Shown: one piece after another, positions 21,590 through 31,424 of the stretch | Position numbering within the stretch: position 1 is the first letter of the stretch | Layout of the letters: every line of letters begins with the position of its first letter | Virus record (IMG/VR): IMGVR_UViG_3300030328_002122 | Coordinates: 81,195 to 145,194 of that record | Source of the DNA: a virus | DNA: 64,000 nt | Strand: one strand, 5' to 3' | Program-made: the position numbers and the translations under genes | The notes under the pieces: generated by a model | What the model was told of the DNA's origin: nothing | The model's database searches: none | Seen by the model: the letters and a program-made list of their open reading frames with translations, nothing else

Positions 21590-21823
21590 ATGGAAATATT
21601 AAATAAAATAAAAGAGTGGGCTGGTGGATTAGCTAATGTAGGTGTTTCACTTGCTGCTCTTGCGATTATTTTAGAAGTGTTGGGTTTGGGTGCTATGCCA
21701 TTCATGCCTTCCGAAATGTCTGTGATTACCAATATAAGTAATATTATGTCTGGACTAGGTTCACAAGGTATTATTGGTTTAATCGCTGTGTGGATTCTAT
21801 ATGAAATTTGGCAAAAGCGATAA
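21590..21823 (+). CDS. two-TM membrane protein (holin candidate)
   Basis: AGGAG SD before ATG 21590; two hydrophobic segments; upstream of the spanin-like pair. Confidence 0.5.
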   Translation: MEILNKIKEWAGGLANVGVSLAALAIILEVLGLGAMPFMPSEMSVITNISNIMSGLGSQGIIGLIAVWILYEIWQKR

Positions 21824-21838
21824 TATAAGGAGAACATT

Positions 21839-22000
21839 ATGATTACTTGGATTAAGAATAGAATATCAGAAAGAACTACGTGGGATGGTGGAATTTGTAT
21901 TGCAATGGGTCTACTAGTTCTATTCATGACACCACTCGCTAAGATTGCAGCTGGAGTTGCGATTGCGTGGGGTTTATGGACTATTTGGAAATCTGAATAA
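21839..22000 (+). CDS. 53-aa membrane protein (holin/antiholin candidate), not in ORF track
   Basis: AAGGAG SD; MITWIKNRISERTTWDGGICIAMGLLVLFMTPLAKIAAGVAIAWGLWTIWKSE. Confidence 0.6.
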   Translation: MITWIKNRISERTTWDGGICIAMGLLVLFMTPLAKIAAGVAIAWGLWTIWKSE

Positions 22001-22009
22001 AGGTTAATT

Positions 22010-22432
22010 ATGGTGCGTGTATATATTACCATAATTATAATGTTGATACTTGGCTCTGTAGCATATGGGGCCAAGTATTATTATGATACAACCCAAGAAA
22101 CTATTTCTGTTTTGAGAACAAATAATGCAACACTTAAAACAGTAAATAAACAAGTAACAACACAATTTGAAGAATATCGTAAAACTGTACAACAAGAGAT
22201 AGAAGATTTCAAAGCAGAAGTAAAAAAACAACAAGAATTAAATACCGAATTAAATACAAATCTTAAAAAAGTACAGGACGCAAATAAAGAAATATCAAAA
22301 CTACTTGCGAATACAGATATAATAAAGAATAGCCTTGCAAACCCAAAAGCAAGTGAGGAAAAAATAAATGAAGAAGTTGATGTATTTTTTAGTGACATTA
22401 GTTGTGTTACTGATGATAAGTGCTTGCAGTAG
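22010..22432 (+). CDS. i-spanin (Rz-like)
   Basis: N-terminal TM helix, long coiled coil, C-terminal Cys pair; overlaps the downstream lipoprotein gene. Confidence 0.65.
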   Translation: MVRVYITIIIMLILGSVAYGAKYYYDTTQETISVLRTNNATLKTVNKQVTTQFEEYRKTVQQEIEDFKAEVKKQQELNTELNTNLKKVQDANKEISKLLANTDIIKNSLANPKASEEKINEEVDVFFSDISCVTDDKCLQ

Positions 22433-22781
22433 TTTTCGTGAGAAAGAAATTGTAACAGTACCGACAGTAGTTGAAAAAGTAGAAATTCCTGCTCCTACTA
22501 TACAAATTGTCAATCGTCCAAATCCAGTTAAAATGAAAGACGCTGACATTGTTGTAGTCACAGAAAATAACTTAGAAGATGTTATGAGTCGCATTAAAGA
22601 TACACAAGGAGAGTTTGTGTTATATGCAATGACTGCTAGTAGTTTTGAGGCTCTTGCACTTAACTTTGAAGAGATAAAAAGATTTATAGAAGAACAAAAT
22701 CAAATCATTTTGTATTATGAAAAGGCAGTTACACCAAGAGAGGATAATACAGAAGATGACATACAATCTGAAGAAAATTAA
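22368..22781 (+). CDS. o-spanin (Rz1-like lipoprotein)
   Basis: Signal peptide with lipobox ISAC, then a Pro-rich segment; overlaps the i-spanin 3' end. Confidence 0.65.
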   Translation: MKKLMYFLVTLVVLLMISACSSFREKEIVTVPTVVEKVEIPAPTIQIVNRPNPVKMKDADIVVVTENNLEDVMSRIKDTQGEFVLYAMTASSFEALALNFEEIKRFIEEQNQIILYYEKAVTPREDNTEDDIQSEEN

Positions 22782-23487
22782 CCTTATGGCTCAGTTGTCA
22801 CAACTGGCGTATAATGGTAAAAATTCTAAATCATATTTTCAAAAACTAGGATATACTGGACACAAATATTTTGATGTTGATGGTGCTCAATGTCATGCAG
22901 TATGGAATAATAAAGAATATTGTTTGTGTTTTAGGGGTACAGAACCAAAAGAAATATCTGACATATTTGCAGATTTGAAAGCATGGCCTAGAGGTTCTAT
23001 GACACATGGATTAGTACACGCTGGTTTCAAAGGTGAAATAGATAAGTTATGGGAAGAGATTAATAAACATCAACAAAAACATGAGAATAAAAAGTTTTAC
23101 ATAACTGGTCACTCTTTAGGTGCAGCTATGGCTACAATTGCAACATCTAGATTTGAAGAATATTGTGAAGTAGACCAACTAACAACATTTGGATCACCTA
23201 GAGTTGGAACAAGAAGATTTATAAAAAATATTAGAACTTTACATTATCGTGTCGTTAATAATAATGATATAGTTACAAGAGTACCATTATTTCTAATGGG
23301 ATATAAACATCATGGAAATCTTATATACATTAATTATTATGGAAAGATAAGAAATATGACACTATGGCAAAGGTTCAAAGATAAAGTACGTGGTAGATGG
23401 GCTGCAATGAAGAAGTTACACCCATTTGATGGAACAATAGATCATGGTATGAATTTTTATATAGATTACACTAAGGAAAATAAATAA
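22756..23487 (+). CDS. class 3 lipase (alpha/beta hydrolase)
   Basis: FRGTE, VHAGF, ITGHSLGAA, TFGSPRVG, NNNDIVTRVP and DH motifs; exact start uncertain. Confidence 0.9.
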   Translation: MTYNLKKINLMAQLSQLAYNGKNSKSYFQKLGYTGHKYFDVDGAQCHAVWNNKEYCLCFRGTEPKEISDIFADLKAWPRGSMTHGLVHAGFKGEIDKLWEEINKHQQKHENKKFYITGHSLGAAMATIATSRFEEYCEVDQLTTFGSPRVGTRRFIKNIRTLHYRVVNNNDIVTRVPLFLMGYKHHGNLIYINYYGKIRNMTLWQRFKDKVRGRWAAMKKLHPFDGTIDHGMNFYIDYTKENK

Positions 23488-23816
23488 TGTGGGATATGAT
23501 AGAGAGAATGGTGAACGACAGGTTGTGGATTTACACAGGTATTGGTGGTTCTATATTTGGTGCATTGTTTATTGCATACATGAGAGATACAAGAATAGGT
23601 CTGTGGGTCTATTCACAATTCGATAAGATATTAGATTTTTTCAGAGATCGTTATGGTTGGACATGGTTTGATCAACCAGATGATGCTTGGAAAAAAGTAA
23701 ATCCAAAAATTGCGAGAAAAATTGAAGAACTGGAACGAAGATTGCATACATTAGAGATGTTAGGTGATGAATATCATTACTTAATGCACAGAGGAAAAGA
23801 TAAGAATGTCAAGTAG
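23487..23816 (+). CDS. membrane-anchored hypothetical protein
   Basis: N-terminal TM segment; coupled ORF. Confidence 0.55.
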   Translation: MWDMIERMVNDRLWIYTGIGGSIFGALFIAYMRDTRIGLWVYSQFDKILDFFRDRYGWTWFDQPDDAWKKVNPKIARKIEELERRLHTLEMLGDEYHYLMHRGKDKNVK

Positions 23817-24228
23817 TAAAAGTGTGGAAACAGAGGTTGCACTTCTCAAAAGAGAAGTAAACGACATGAAACAAATACACCACAGACTTGATTCTGCAAT
23901 AGAAAAGATTGCAGATGTATCTTCTTCTTTACATACTATAATGGCTGTGCATGAAGAAAAACTTATACGCCAGGAAGAAAATTTGGAACAACAAGAAAAA
24001 GAATTTAGAGATAGTGTACAAGAATTGCACTCTCGCATTACCACTAATGCAAAGGAAACCCATCATGCAATGGGTGAGATGGAACGTAGACTCGTGGAAG
24101 AATTTCAAAAGATGCGACAAGATATGTCTAATCGTGTCGGTGTCTTAGAAAAATGGAGATGGTTAATTATCGGTGGATCTATTGTTTTAGGATTTATTAT
24201 ACAGAAAGTAATTACGATAAATGTTTAA
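23806..24228 (+). CDS. coiled-coil protein with C-terminal TM helix
   Basis: Heptads, then LEKWRWLIIGGSIVLGFII; layout recurrent just upstream of primase in T4-like phages. Confidence 0.6.
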   Translation: MSSSKSVETEVALLKREVNDMKQIHHRLDSAIEKIADVSSSLHTIMAVHEEKLIRQEENLEQQEKEFRDSVQELHSRITTNAKETHHAMGEMERRLVEEFQKMRQDMSNRVGVLEKWRWLIIGGSIVLGFIIQKVITINV

Positions 24229-24271
24229 TATCTATTGACAAATTGGTTTGAATTATATATTATGAAAAATA

Positions 24272-25282
24272 ATGAATTACATTGACAGTAAATACATATC
24301 CTTAATATCACCAAGACTTAGAAACTTCACAAAAAAAAGTGATTATCTGTGGAATTTCTCTTGTCCTTATTGTGGTGATTCTCAAAAAAATACAAAAAAG
24401 GCCAGAGGGTTTGTTTATAGAACAAAAACTGAATTGTTCTATAAATGTCATAACTGCTCTATGGGAACAACTTTACCTAAACTGATCGAGTTTATAGATG
24501 TAAATCTTTTCAATGAATATCGTCTGGAAAGGTATAAAGAAGGGTATGGTCAGAACTACACTGGTAAGTCAGTACCACAAGACCAATTTGAATTTAAACA
24601 ACCAAAATTTAAAACAAAACTTGATTTAAAAAGTTTTGAGAATCTTGAAAAAAGTCACCCAGCTGTTGACTTTTTATCACAAAGATTGATACCTAGAGAA
24701 TTTTGGAATGATATATATTACTGTCCAAACTTCTTTGGTTTTTCTAACAAACACATAGAAAATAAGTTTCCTTCTTTAGATGGTGACCACCCTAGAATAA
24801 TAATTCCTTTTAGGAATAAAGATGGAGATATTATAGGGTATCAAGGAAGAGCATTTGGAAAAGAGATGCCTAAGTATCTAACAGTAATTTTAGATAAAAA
24901 TAGTCCTAAAATTTATGGAATAGATAGAATAGATGATAAGAAAGATATATATGTTGTTGAAGGCCCATTTGATAGTCTATTCGTTGAAAATTGTATTGCA
25001 GTTGCACAAAGTGATTTACGTGTTTCTCAATATAAAGAAAAATCTATTCTTATTCCAGATAACGAACCTAGAAATAAAGAACTGTGTAAACAAATTAAAA
25101 AGTTTATAGATAACAACTATCGTATTGTACTATGGCCTTCTGCAATTAAAGAAAAAGATATTAATGAAATGATTTTATCTGGAAAAACAAAAAAAGAAAT
25201 AAAAACAATAATTGATAATAATACTTATCAAGGTACTAAGGCCTTGATGCAGTTTTCAATGTGGAGAAAAGTAAATGTCTAA
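24272..25282 (+). CDS. gp61: DNA primase (T4 gp61)
   Basis: CPYCGDS...CHNC zinc finger; YQGR, VVEGPFDSLF, DNEPRN and KDINEM Toprim motifs. Confidence 0.95.
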   Translation: MNYIDSKYISLISPRLRNFTKKSDYLWNFSCPYCGDSQKNTKKARGFVYRTKTELFYKCHNCSMGTTLPKLIEFIDVNLFNEYRLERYKEGYGQNYTGKSVPQDQFEFKQPKFKTKLDLKSFENLEKSHPAVDFLSQRLIPREFWNDIYYCPNFFGFSNKHIENKFPSLDGDHPRIIIPFRNKDGDIIGYQGRAFGKEMPKYLTVILDKNSPKIYGIDRIDDKKDIYVVEGPFDSLFVENCIAVAQSDLRVSQYKEKSILIPDNEPRNKELCKQIKKFIDNNYRIVLWPSAIKEKDINEMILSGKTKKEIKTIIDNNTYQGTKALMQFSMWRKVNV

Positions 25283-27209
25283 TCAACTACCAACGCAATA
25301 TCAACAATTTATTCATCTATCTAGATACTCTAGATGGTTACCAGAAGAAGGACGCAGAGAAACATGGAATGAAACTATCGAAAGATATTTTGATTTTTTT
25401 ACTGAACATTTGAAGGAAATGTGTGACTATGATTTAGATGATAAAACAAGAAAAGAGTTGGAAGAAGCAGTATTAGATATTAAAGTGATGCCCTCTATGA
25501 GATGTTTAATGACCGCTGGTGAAGCATTGAAAAGAGAAAATATCGCTGGATATAATTGTTCTTATGTTGCAGTTGATAGAGTTGCAGCTTTTGATGAAAT
25601 ACTTTATGTGTTGATGAATGGTACTGGTGTTGGGTTTTCTGTGGAAAGACAATTTACTGCGAAACTTCCTATTGTTGCAGAGGAGTTTTATCATTCTGAT
25701 ACAATGATACAAGTTGCAGATAGTAAACTAGGTTGGGCAAAAGCACTCAAAGAACTTATAGGTATGTTATATATTGGTCAAATACCAAAATGGGATGTAT
25801 CAAAGGTTAGACCAGCAGGATCACCACTTAAAACATTTGGTGGTCGTGCATCAGGCCCAGAACCACTAGATAGTTTGTTTAGATTTGTTGAGAGTACATT
25901 TACAAATGCAAAAGGAAGAAAACTATCCTCTATAGAATGTCATGATATTGTATGTAAGATTGCAGAGATTGTGGTTGTGGGTGGAGTAAGAAGATCTGCT
26001 CTTATTTCATTATCTAATCTATCTGATGATCGTATGCGTCATGCAAAATCTGGTCAATGGTGGGAACATCATAGTCAAAGAGCACTTGCAAATAACTCTG
26101 CGTGTTATACAGAGAAACCAGATATTGGTATCTTTATGGACGAATGGAAATCACTATATGATTCTAAGTCTGGTGAAAGAGGTATCTTTAATCGTGCATC
26201 TGCAAATAAAATGGCTGAGAAAAATGGTAGAAGAACTATTGATGGTCATGAGTTTGGTACAAACCCATGTTCTGAAATCATATTAAGAGATAGACAATTC
26301 TGCAACTTATCAGAAGCTGTTATCAGACCAACTGATACAAGTGAATGTTTGAAAGAGAAAGTAAGGATTGCAACCATACTTGGTACATTTCAATCTACAC
26401 TTACTAACTTCAAGTATGTTTCTAATATGTGGAAAAAGAATTGTTCAGAAGAAAGATTGCTTGGTGTATCACTTACAGGTATCATGGATAGTCCTTTAAC
26501 AAATGGTAAAAGAAATCCAGTTTCAAATTCTTACAATAGTCTTGAAGGTTTATTAGATGAACTTAGAGAAGTTGCAATAGAAACAAATAAAATATGGTCT
26601 AAGAAGTTAGGTATTAATCAAGCAACTGCAATTACTTGTGTGAAACCATCTGGTACAGTTTCACAGTTGGTTGATGCAGCTTCTGGTATTCATGCAAGAC
26701 ATAATCCTTATTATATTAGAACAGTAAGAGGTGACAAGAAAGATCCACTTACACAAATGATGGTAGACTCTGGATTTCCTGTAGAAGATGATGTAATGAA
26801 TCCAGGCCATACATCAGTATTTTCTTTTCCTATGAAGGTAAATAAAAATGCAGTATTCAGAACTGATATGTCTGCAATACAACAATTAGAATTATGGTTA
26901 ACTTATCAGAAACATTGGTGTGAACATAAACCATCTGTAACTATATCTGTAAAAGAACACGAATGGTTAGAAGTTGGTGCATGGGTGTATGAACACTTTG
27001 ATTATATGTCTGGTGTAAGTTTCCTACCATTTAGTGAACATACATATAAACAAGCACCATATCAAGATTGTGATGAAGATCAGTATAAAGATATACTAAA
27101 CAGTATGCCTAAGAATGTTGATTGGGGTTTACTAGGAGAATATGAGAAACAAGATACGACAACAAGTTCTCAAGAATTAGCCTGCACAGCAGGAGGCTGT
27201 GAAATTTAA
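25275..27209 (+). CDS. nrdJ: class II (adenosylcobalamin-dependent) ribonucleotide reductase
   Basis: YNC, GTGVGFS, GGVRRSA, TNPCSEI, CNLSE, TCVKPSGTVSQL; C-terminal ACTAGGCEI; no adjacent nrdB. Confidence 0.92.
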   Translation: MSNQLPTQYQQFIHLSRYSRWLPEEGRRETWNETIERYFDFFTEHLKEMCDYDLDDKTRKELEEAVLDIKVMPSMRCLMTAGEALKRENIAGYNCSYVAVDRVAAFDEILYVLMNGTGVGFSVERQFTAKLPIVAEEFYHSDTMIQVADSKLGWAKALKELIGMLYIGQIPKWDVSKVRPAGSPLKTFGGRASGPEPLDSLFRFVESTFTNAKGRKLSSIECHDIVCKIAEIVVVGGVRRSALISLSNLSDDRMRHAKSGQWWEHHSQRALANNSACYTEKPDIGIFMDEWKSLYDSKSGERGIFNRASANKMAEKNGRRTIDGHEFGTNPCSEIILRDRQFCNLSEAVIRPTDTSECLKEKVRIATILGTFQSTLTNFKYVSNMWKKNCSEERLLGVSLTGIMDSPLTNGKRNPVSNSYNSLEGLLDELREVAIETNKIWSKKLGINQATAITCVKPSGTVSQLVDAASGIHARHNPYYIRTVRGDKKDPLTQMMVDSGFPVEDDVMNPGHTSVFSFPMKVNKNAVFRTDMSAIQQLELWLTYQKHWCEHKPSVTISVKEHEWLEVGAWVYEHFDYMSGVSFLPFSEHTYKQAPYQDCDEDQYKDILNSMPKNVDWGLLGEYEKQDTTTSSQELACTAGGCEI

Positions 27210-27222
27210 AGAGTATTATTAA

Positions 27223-27384
27223 ATGAAAAAGTTAATAGTTTGTGAATCATGTGATGTAGAGTATACGATTCAATATGACATGGAAGAAGAATATTACAAA
27301 ATTACATATTGTCCTTTTTGTGGAGAACCAGTGAGTAACAACGAAGATTTCATGTATGATGAAGAATACTATGATGGCGACTAG
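27223..27384 (+). CDS. 53-aa zinc-ribbon protein, not in ORF track
   Basis: MKKLIVCESCDVEY...YCPFCGE, acidic tail. Confidence 0.7.
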   Translation: MKKLIVCESCDVEYTIQYDMEEEYYKITYCPFCGEPVSNNEDFMYDEEYYDGD

Positions 27385-27386
27385 GT

Positions 27387-27737
27387 ATGAAAACACAAAG
27401 TGCAAAATCAAAAGGTAGAAGATTACAACAATGGGTACGTGATAAGTTAATAGAAGAACTTGACGTACATCCAGAAGATATAGAATCTCGTTCAATGGGA
27501 GCTGGTGGTGAAGATTTAATCATGGCTCGTGATGCGAGAAAGAAATTTCCATATTCTATAGAATGTAAGAATGTGGAGAAGTTGAATGTTTGGGATGCTT
27601 ATTCCCAAGCATCAGAGAACAGTAATAACTATGAACCTATAGTTGTTATGAAGAAGAATGGTAAAACTCCTCTAGTAGTAGTTGATGCCGAATATTTTAT
27701 GAAAATACATCAAAAATCCCCAAAAAAAGAAAGGTAG
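27387..27737 (+). CDS. PD-(D/E)xK nuclease, Holliday-junction-resolvase-like
   Basis: KSKGRRLQ...GEDL...SIECKN motif. Confidence 0.7.
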   Translation: MKTQSAKSKGRRLQQWVRDKLIEELDVHPEDIESRSMGAGGEDLIMARDARKKFPYSIECKNVEKLNVWDAYSQASENSNNYEPIVVMKKNGKTPLVVVDAEYFMKIHQKSPKKER

Positions 27738-27740
27738 AAA

Positions 27741-28757
27741 ATGAAACTGTTTAAAATCTTATCAGTACTATTATTATCATTAAGTGTATCATCTGCATTT
27801 GCAGATAAATTAAAAGTTGGATTTATATATGTTGGGCCAGTTGGAGATCATGGTTGGACTTATATGCATGATCAAGGTCGATTAATGGCCGAAAAACATT
27901 TTGGTGACGATATAACAACCACATTTGTAGAATCTGTACCAGAAGGGCCTGATGCAGAAAGAGTTATGACTCAGATGGCTTTACAAGGACATGATATTAT
28001 ATTTGCAACATCATTTGGTTATATGGAACAAATGTTAAATGTTGCTAAAAAATTCCCTAACATAAAATTTGAACACGCAACTGGATATAAAACTGCTGAC
28101 AATATGTCAGTATATTCTTCTAAGTTTTATGAAGGAAGATATGTTCAAGGTGTTATCGCTGGACATATGAGTAAAGAAGGAAAAGCAGGATATATTGCAT
28201 CATTCCCTATTCCAGAAGTTATTCGTGGTATCAATGCATTTTGGTTAGGTGCTACTTCTGTTAATCCAGATTTTGACATAGATGTTGTGTGGGTTAATAC
28301 TTGGTATGATCCTGCTAAAGAAGGTGATGCAGCCAGAGTACTAATCAATCAAGGTGCTGATATTATAACTCAACATACTGATTCAACTGCACCACTATCA
28401 GTTGCAGAAGAGATGGGTATTAAGGGTTTCGGTCAAGCATCTGATATGATTCACTTTGCACCTAATACACAATTAACTTCCATCATAGATCAATGGGGCC
28501 CTTATTATATTAAGAGAATACAGGCTGCGTTAGATGGTACTTGGGAATCTTCTGATACTTGGGGTGGTATGGATACTGGAATGGTTGAAATGGCTCCAAT
28601 GACTAATATGCCTGATAATATTGCTAAGATTGCAGTAAAAGTTGCAAATCAAATAAATGATGGTAAACTAGATCCATTTGGTGGAGAGTTTACTGTAGGT
28701 GAACTATTAGGAATGTCTAAGTATCTTTCTGGTATAGATGCACCAAATCCTAATTAA
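27741..28757 (+). CDS. BMP-family ABC transporter substrate-binding protein (purine/nucleoside type)
   Basis: Signal peptide; KVGFIYVGPVGDHGW, IFATSFGY, IPEVIRGINAF, WYDPAKE and QHTDS motifs. Confidence 0.9.
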   Translation: MKLFKILSVLLLSLSVSSAFADKLKVGFIYVGPVGDHGWTYMHDQGRLMAEKHFGDDITTTFVESVPEGPDAERVMTQMALQGHDIIFATSFGYMEQMLNVAKKFPNIKFEHATGYKTADNMSVYSSKFYEGRYVQGVIAGHMSKEGKAGYIASFPIPEVIRGINAFWLGATSVNPDFDIDVVWVNTWYDPAKEGDAARVLINQGADIITQHTDSTAPLSVAEEMGIKGFGQASDMIHFAPNTQLTSIIDQWGPYYIKRIQAALDGTWESSDTWGGMDTGMVEMAPMTNMPDNIAKIAVKVANQINDGKLDPFGGEFTVGELLGMSKYLSGIDAPNPN

Positions 28758-28775
28758 TAATGAAAAGGGTAGAAA

Positions 28776-29255
28776 ATGAAATCGCCTGAAGAAAAACTTT
28801 GGAAAAAGGTAGGAAAAATGGAACTTGGAAATCCTGTTATAACAACTTTAGTAGGACTTGTAGTATTTTATATTGGCCTTAAAATGTTTTCTGGTGGAAT
28901 GAAATCAATGGGAAATATGGAACATCTTACTTGGTTTTTAGGAAACCCTATCTATATGTTCTTTGGTGGAATACTTATGACACTTGCATGGCAATCATCT
29001 TCATTATCAACTACAGCGATTATTGCATTGGTTGCTTCTGGTGCATTACCACTACCAGCTGCAGTTGCGTGTGTACTAGGTGCAAACATAGGAACAACTG
29101 GAACTATATGGTTAGCAGGATTCTTTGTATCAGATGGTTGGCCAAAAGGAGATACATTGCGAATCGCTATGGCTCATACTGGTGCAAATTTATTAATGGC
29201 ACTTGCATTATTACCATTTGTAGGACATTTATCAAGGTTTTTATCTAAATTTTAG
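28776..29255 (+). CDS. Na+/Pi cotransporter family membrane protein (single repeat)
   Basis: QSSS and GANIGTT signature motifs; multiple TM segments. Confidence 0.8.
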   Translation: MKSPEEKLWKKVGKMELGNPVITTLVGLVVFYIGLKMFSGGMKSMGNMEHLTWFLGNPIYMFFGGILMTLAWQSSSLSTTAIIALVASGALPLPAAVACVLGANIGTTGTIWLAGFFVSDGWPKGDTLRIAMAHTGANLLMALALLPFVGHLSRFLSKF

Positions 29256-29278
29256 TGTTTCATTTTTACCACTATTAG

Positions 29279-29308
29279 AAAAAAGTGTCTTTCGGGGCAC
29301 TTTTTTTT
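29279..29308 (+). terminator. Rho-independent terminator
   Basis: aaaagtgtct-ttcg-gggcactttt hairpin plus T run. Confidence 0.85.
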
Positions 29309-29318
29309 GTTTTTGAGG

Positions 29319-29353
29319 TTGACTCCATATGCAAAAAATGTTAATATGATTCG
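29319..29353 (+). promoter_or_regulatory. early sigma70-type promoter with TGATTCG at the start region
   Basis: TTGACT-N17-TAATAT, then TGATTCG at 29347-29353. Confidence 0.75.
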
Positions 29354-29377
29354 TAAACAGAGAGAAAGGTATTAATA

Positions 29378-29674
29378 ATGATTTCATATTTGAGTTGTAG
29401 CGAAGGTAAATTAGATTTGCATCATTATGAAAATGGTAACCATGAGATTGTTTGTTCTTCAAACAATGTTAATGAACTTGCAAATTGTCTTGCAAACTAT
29501 GGTTTTGGGGAGTTCTTCAGAACTTCTTCTTCATTAGACTTTGCAGATGAGTATGGGTTTGAAACAATGGATGGTGCTCATGATCTTTTAGAAGCTGCTT
29601 GTATTGAAGCATACAAGATTATTGAGATACATGAAGAATATGAGAAAGGTTTAACTCCTAATTATTTATTATAA
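29378..29674 (+). CDS. early hypothetical protein
   Basis: ORF after promoter and AGAGAGAAAGG leader. Confidence 0.6.
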   Translation: MISYLSCSEGKLDLHHYENGNHEIVCSSNNVNELANCLANYGFGEFFRTSSSLDFADEYGFETMDGAHDLLEAACIEAYKIIEIHEEYEKGLTPNYLL

Positions 29675-29682
29675 ATACTAGT

Positions 29683-29928
29683 ATGAAATATAAAAAGAAA
29701 TCATATAAGTCAGATGAACTTAAAGGTTTGTCGGTATCTGTTCGTAACAATGATGTAAATGGTGCATTGCGTGTTCTTAGAAAACGTCTTGTCAAAGATG
29801 GTATTATTCAAGAATTACGTGAAAAAACTTACTTTCAATCTAGGGGTGAGAAACGTAGGAAAGAAAAGGCAGCTGCAATACGCAGATATAAACGTAAATT
29901 GCAGAAAGAATTAGAAGAGAGATTATAA
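29683..29928 (+). CDS. rpsU: ribosomal protein bS21
   Basis: VSVRNNDVNGALRVLRKRL..DGIIQELRE..YF...GEKRR; late promoter TATAAATA at 29670. Confidence 0.85.
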   Translation: MKYKKKSYKSDELKGLSVSVRNNDVNGALRVLRKRLVKDGIIQELREKTYFQSRGEKRRKEKAAAIRRYKRKLQKELEERL

Positions 29929-29939
29929 GAGAGGTTATA

Positions 29940-30326
29940 ATGAATACTGTGAAAAAAATTAAGAGAAAAAGAAAACCAATGTCAGTTGAACAAAGGTTAG
30001 CCGCAACCGAAAGACTTGCAATTGCAAGGGAGAAAAGGTTGAAAGAAAATCCACCACAATATAAGAATATATGTCCAGAGGTTTTATCTAAACCAGATGA
30101 CTACGCTTTTTCCTTAAAGAAAGTGCGTCAATGGATTAAGACTCAGAAAGAGTTACTTACAGTTGAGAGAAAAGCTGTAAGAGATAATATTAAAGGTGCG
30201 ATTGCAAGAGCTGCTAGTCATGAAGGTTATATTAGACATTGTGAATACTATCTTAAACATGGTGATTGGTGTGATGATTTCTATGGTGAATATCAAGAGA
30301 AGAGAGTAAGATGGAAAAGTCTATAA
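29940..30326 (+). CDS. conserved hypothetical protein
   Basis: KRKPMS.EQR.AA.ERL..ARE...YL..GDW motif. Confidence 0.6.
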   Translation: MNTVKKIKRKRKPMSVEQRLAATERLAIAREKRLKENPPQYKNICPEVLSKPDDYAFSLKKVRQWIKTQKELLTVERKAVRDNIKGAIARAASHEGYIRHCEYYLKHGDWCDDFYGEYQEKRVRWKSL

Positions 30327-30547
30327 AAAGAGTAGAGTTTGAAGAAGCTCATGCAGATATTGTAAAACTAGTTGAAGAACTAGTTACAAAAAAGAATATT
30401 AGTTTATTACAAATTGCAGGGATAATGCAAGCAACAGCAACACGTATATATAAAGAAGTGTTGTCTGAAGATGAGTTTATAAGTTTGATGGCTATGGTAG
30501 TAGATCAATCAACTGAACTAGGAGCAGAGAAAGAAACACTACACTAG
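30311..30547 (+). CDS. hypothetical protein
   Basis: Coupled ORF in operon. Confidence 0.5.
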   Translation: MEKSIKRVEFEEAHADIVKLVEELVTKKNISLLQIAGIMQATATRIYKEVLSEDEFISLMAMVVDQSTELGAEKETLH

Positions 30548-30556
30548 GAATGTATT

Positions 30557-31423
30557 ATGATATTAGTTGATATGAATCAAGTAACCATTAGTAATCTTAT
30601 GATGCAAATTGGTTCTAAAAGACAAAATGATGTAGATGAGAACCTTGTTAGACACATGGTTCTTAACTCTTTAAGAATGTATAGATCTAGATTCTTTGAA
30701 AAATTCGGAGAACTGATATTATGTTATGATAACAAAAGATATTGGAGAAGGGATTATTTTCCAAATTATAAATGTAATCGGAGAAAAGATAGAGCTAACT
30801 CTAATCTAGATTGGAATTTAATATTTGAAACATTAAATACTATTCGTGACGAAATTAGAGAAATCTTTCCATATAAAGTAATAGAAGTTGATGGTGCAGA
30901 AGCAGATGATTGTATTGCGACTATCTGTATGCATATTAACCAAACACCAAATGAATATGAGAAAGTATTGATATTATCAAGTGATAAAGACTTTATACAA
31001 TTACAAAAATATAACTTTGTTACACAGTATAGCCCCGTAAACAAGAAGTTTATCAATGGTATTGATCCCTACCTATATATAAAAGAACATATATTAGTAG
31101 GAGATAGAAGCGATAGTATTCCGAATATCTTATCACCAGATAATACTTTTGTTGATGGATTAAGACAGAAACCTTTCAGTAAAAAAAGAAAAGATTCAAT
31201 TCTTATGTCCAAACAAGAACCAGAAGATTTTTGTAATGCAGAACAATTAAGAAACTATCAAAGAAATAAAACTTTAATTGATTTAGAATGTATTCCAAAA
31301 GATGTGAAAAGAGAAATAATGATTGAGTATCGTAAATCACCAAAAGGTGAAAGATCTAATCTACTAAATTATTTTATACAAAAAAGATTGAAAAATCTTA
31401 TGAATGATATTGGAGATTTTTAG
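30557..31423 (+). CDS. rnh: T4-type RNase H (5'-3' exonuclease)
   Basis: MILVDMNQ, WRRDYFPNYK, EADDCIA, SSDKDFIQL and GDRSDSIPN motifs. Confidence 0.95.
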   Translation: MILVDMNQVTISNLMMQIGSKRQNDVDENLVRHMVLNSLRMYRSRFFEKFGELILCYDNKRYWRRDYFPNYKCNRRKDRANSNLDWNLIFETLNTIRDEIREIFPYKVIEVDGAEADDCIATICMHINQTPNEYEKVLILSSDKDFIQLQKYNFVTQYSPVNKKFINGIDPYLYIKEHILVGDRSDSIPNILSPDNTFVDGLRQKPFSKKRKDSILMSKQEPEDFCNAEQLRNYQRNKTLIDLECIPKDVKREIMIEYRKSPKGERSNLLNYFIQKRLKNLMNDIGDF

Positions 31424-31424
31424 T

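Noticed and set aside
25275-27209. Intron or intein in nrdJ (also checked thyX, primase, phoH)
   Set aside because: Reading frames are continuous, of normal length, and lack splicing or homing-endonuclease motifs
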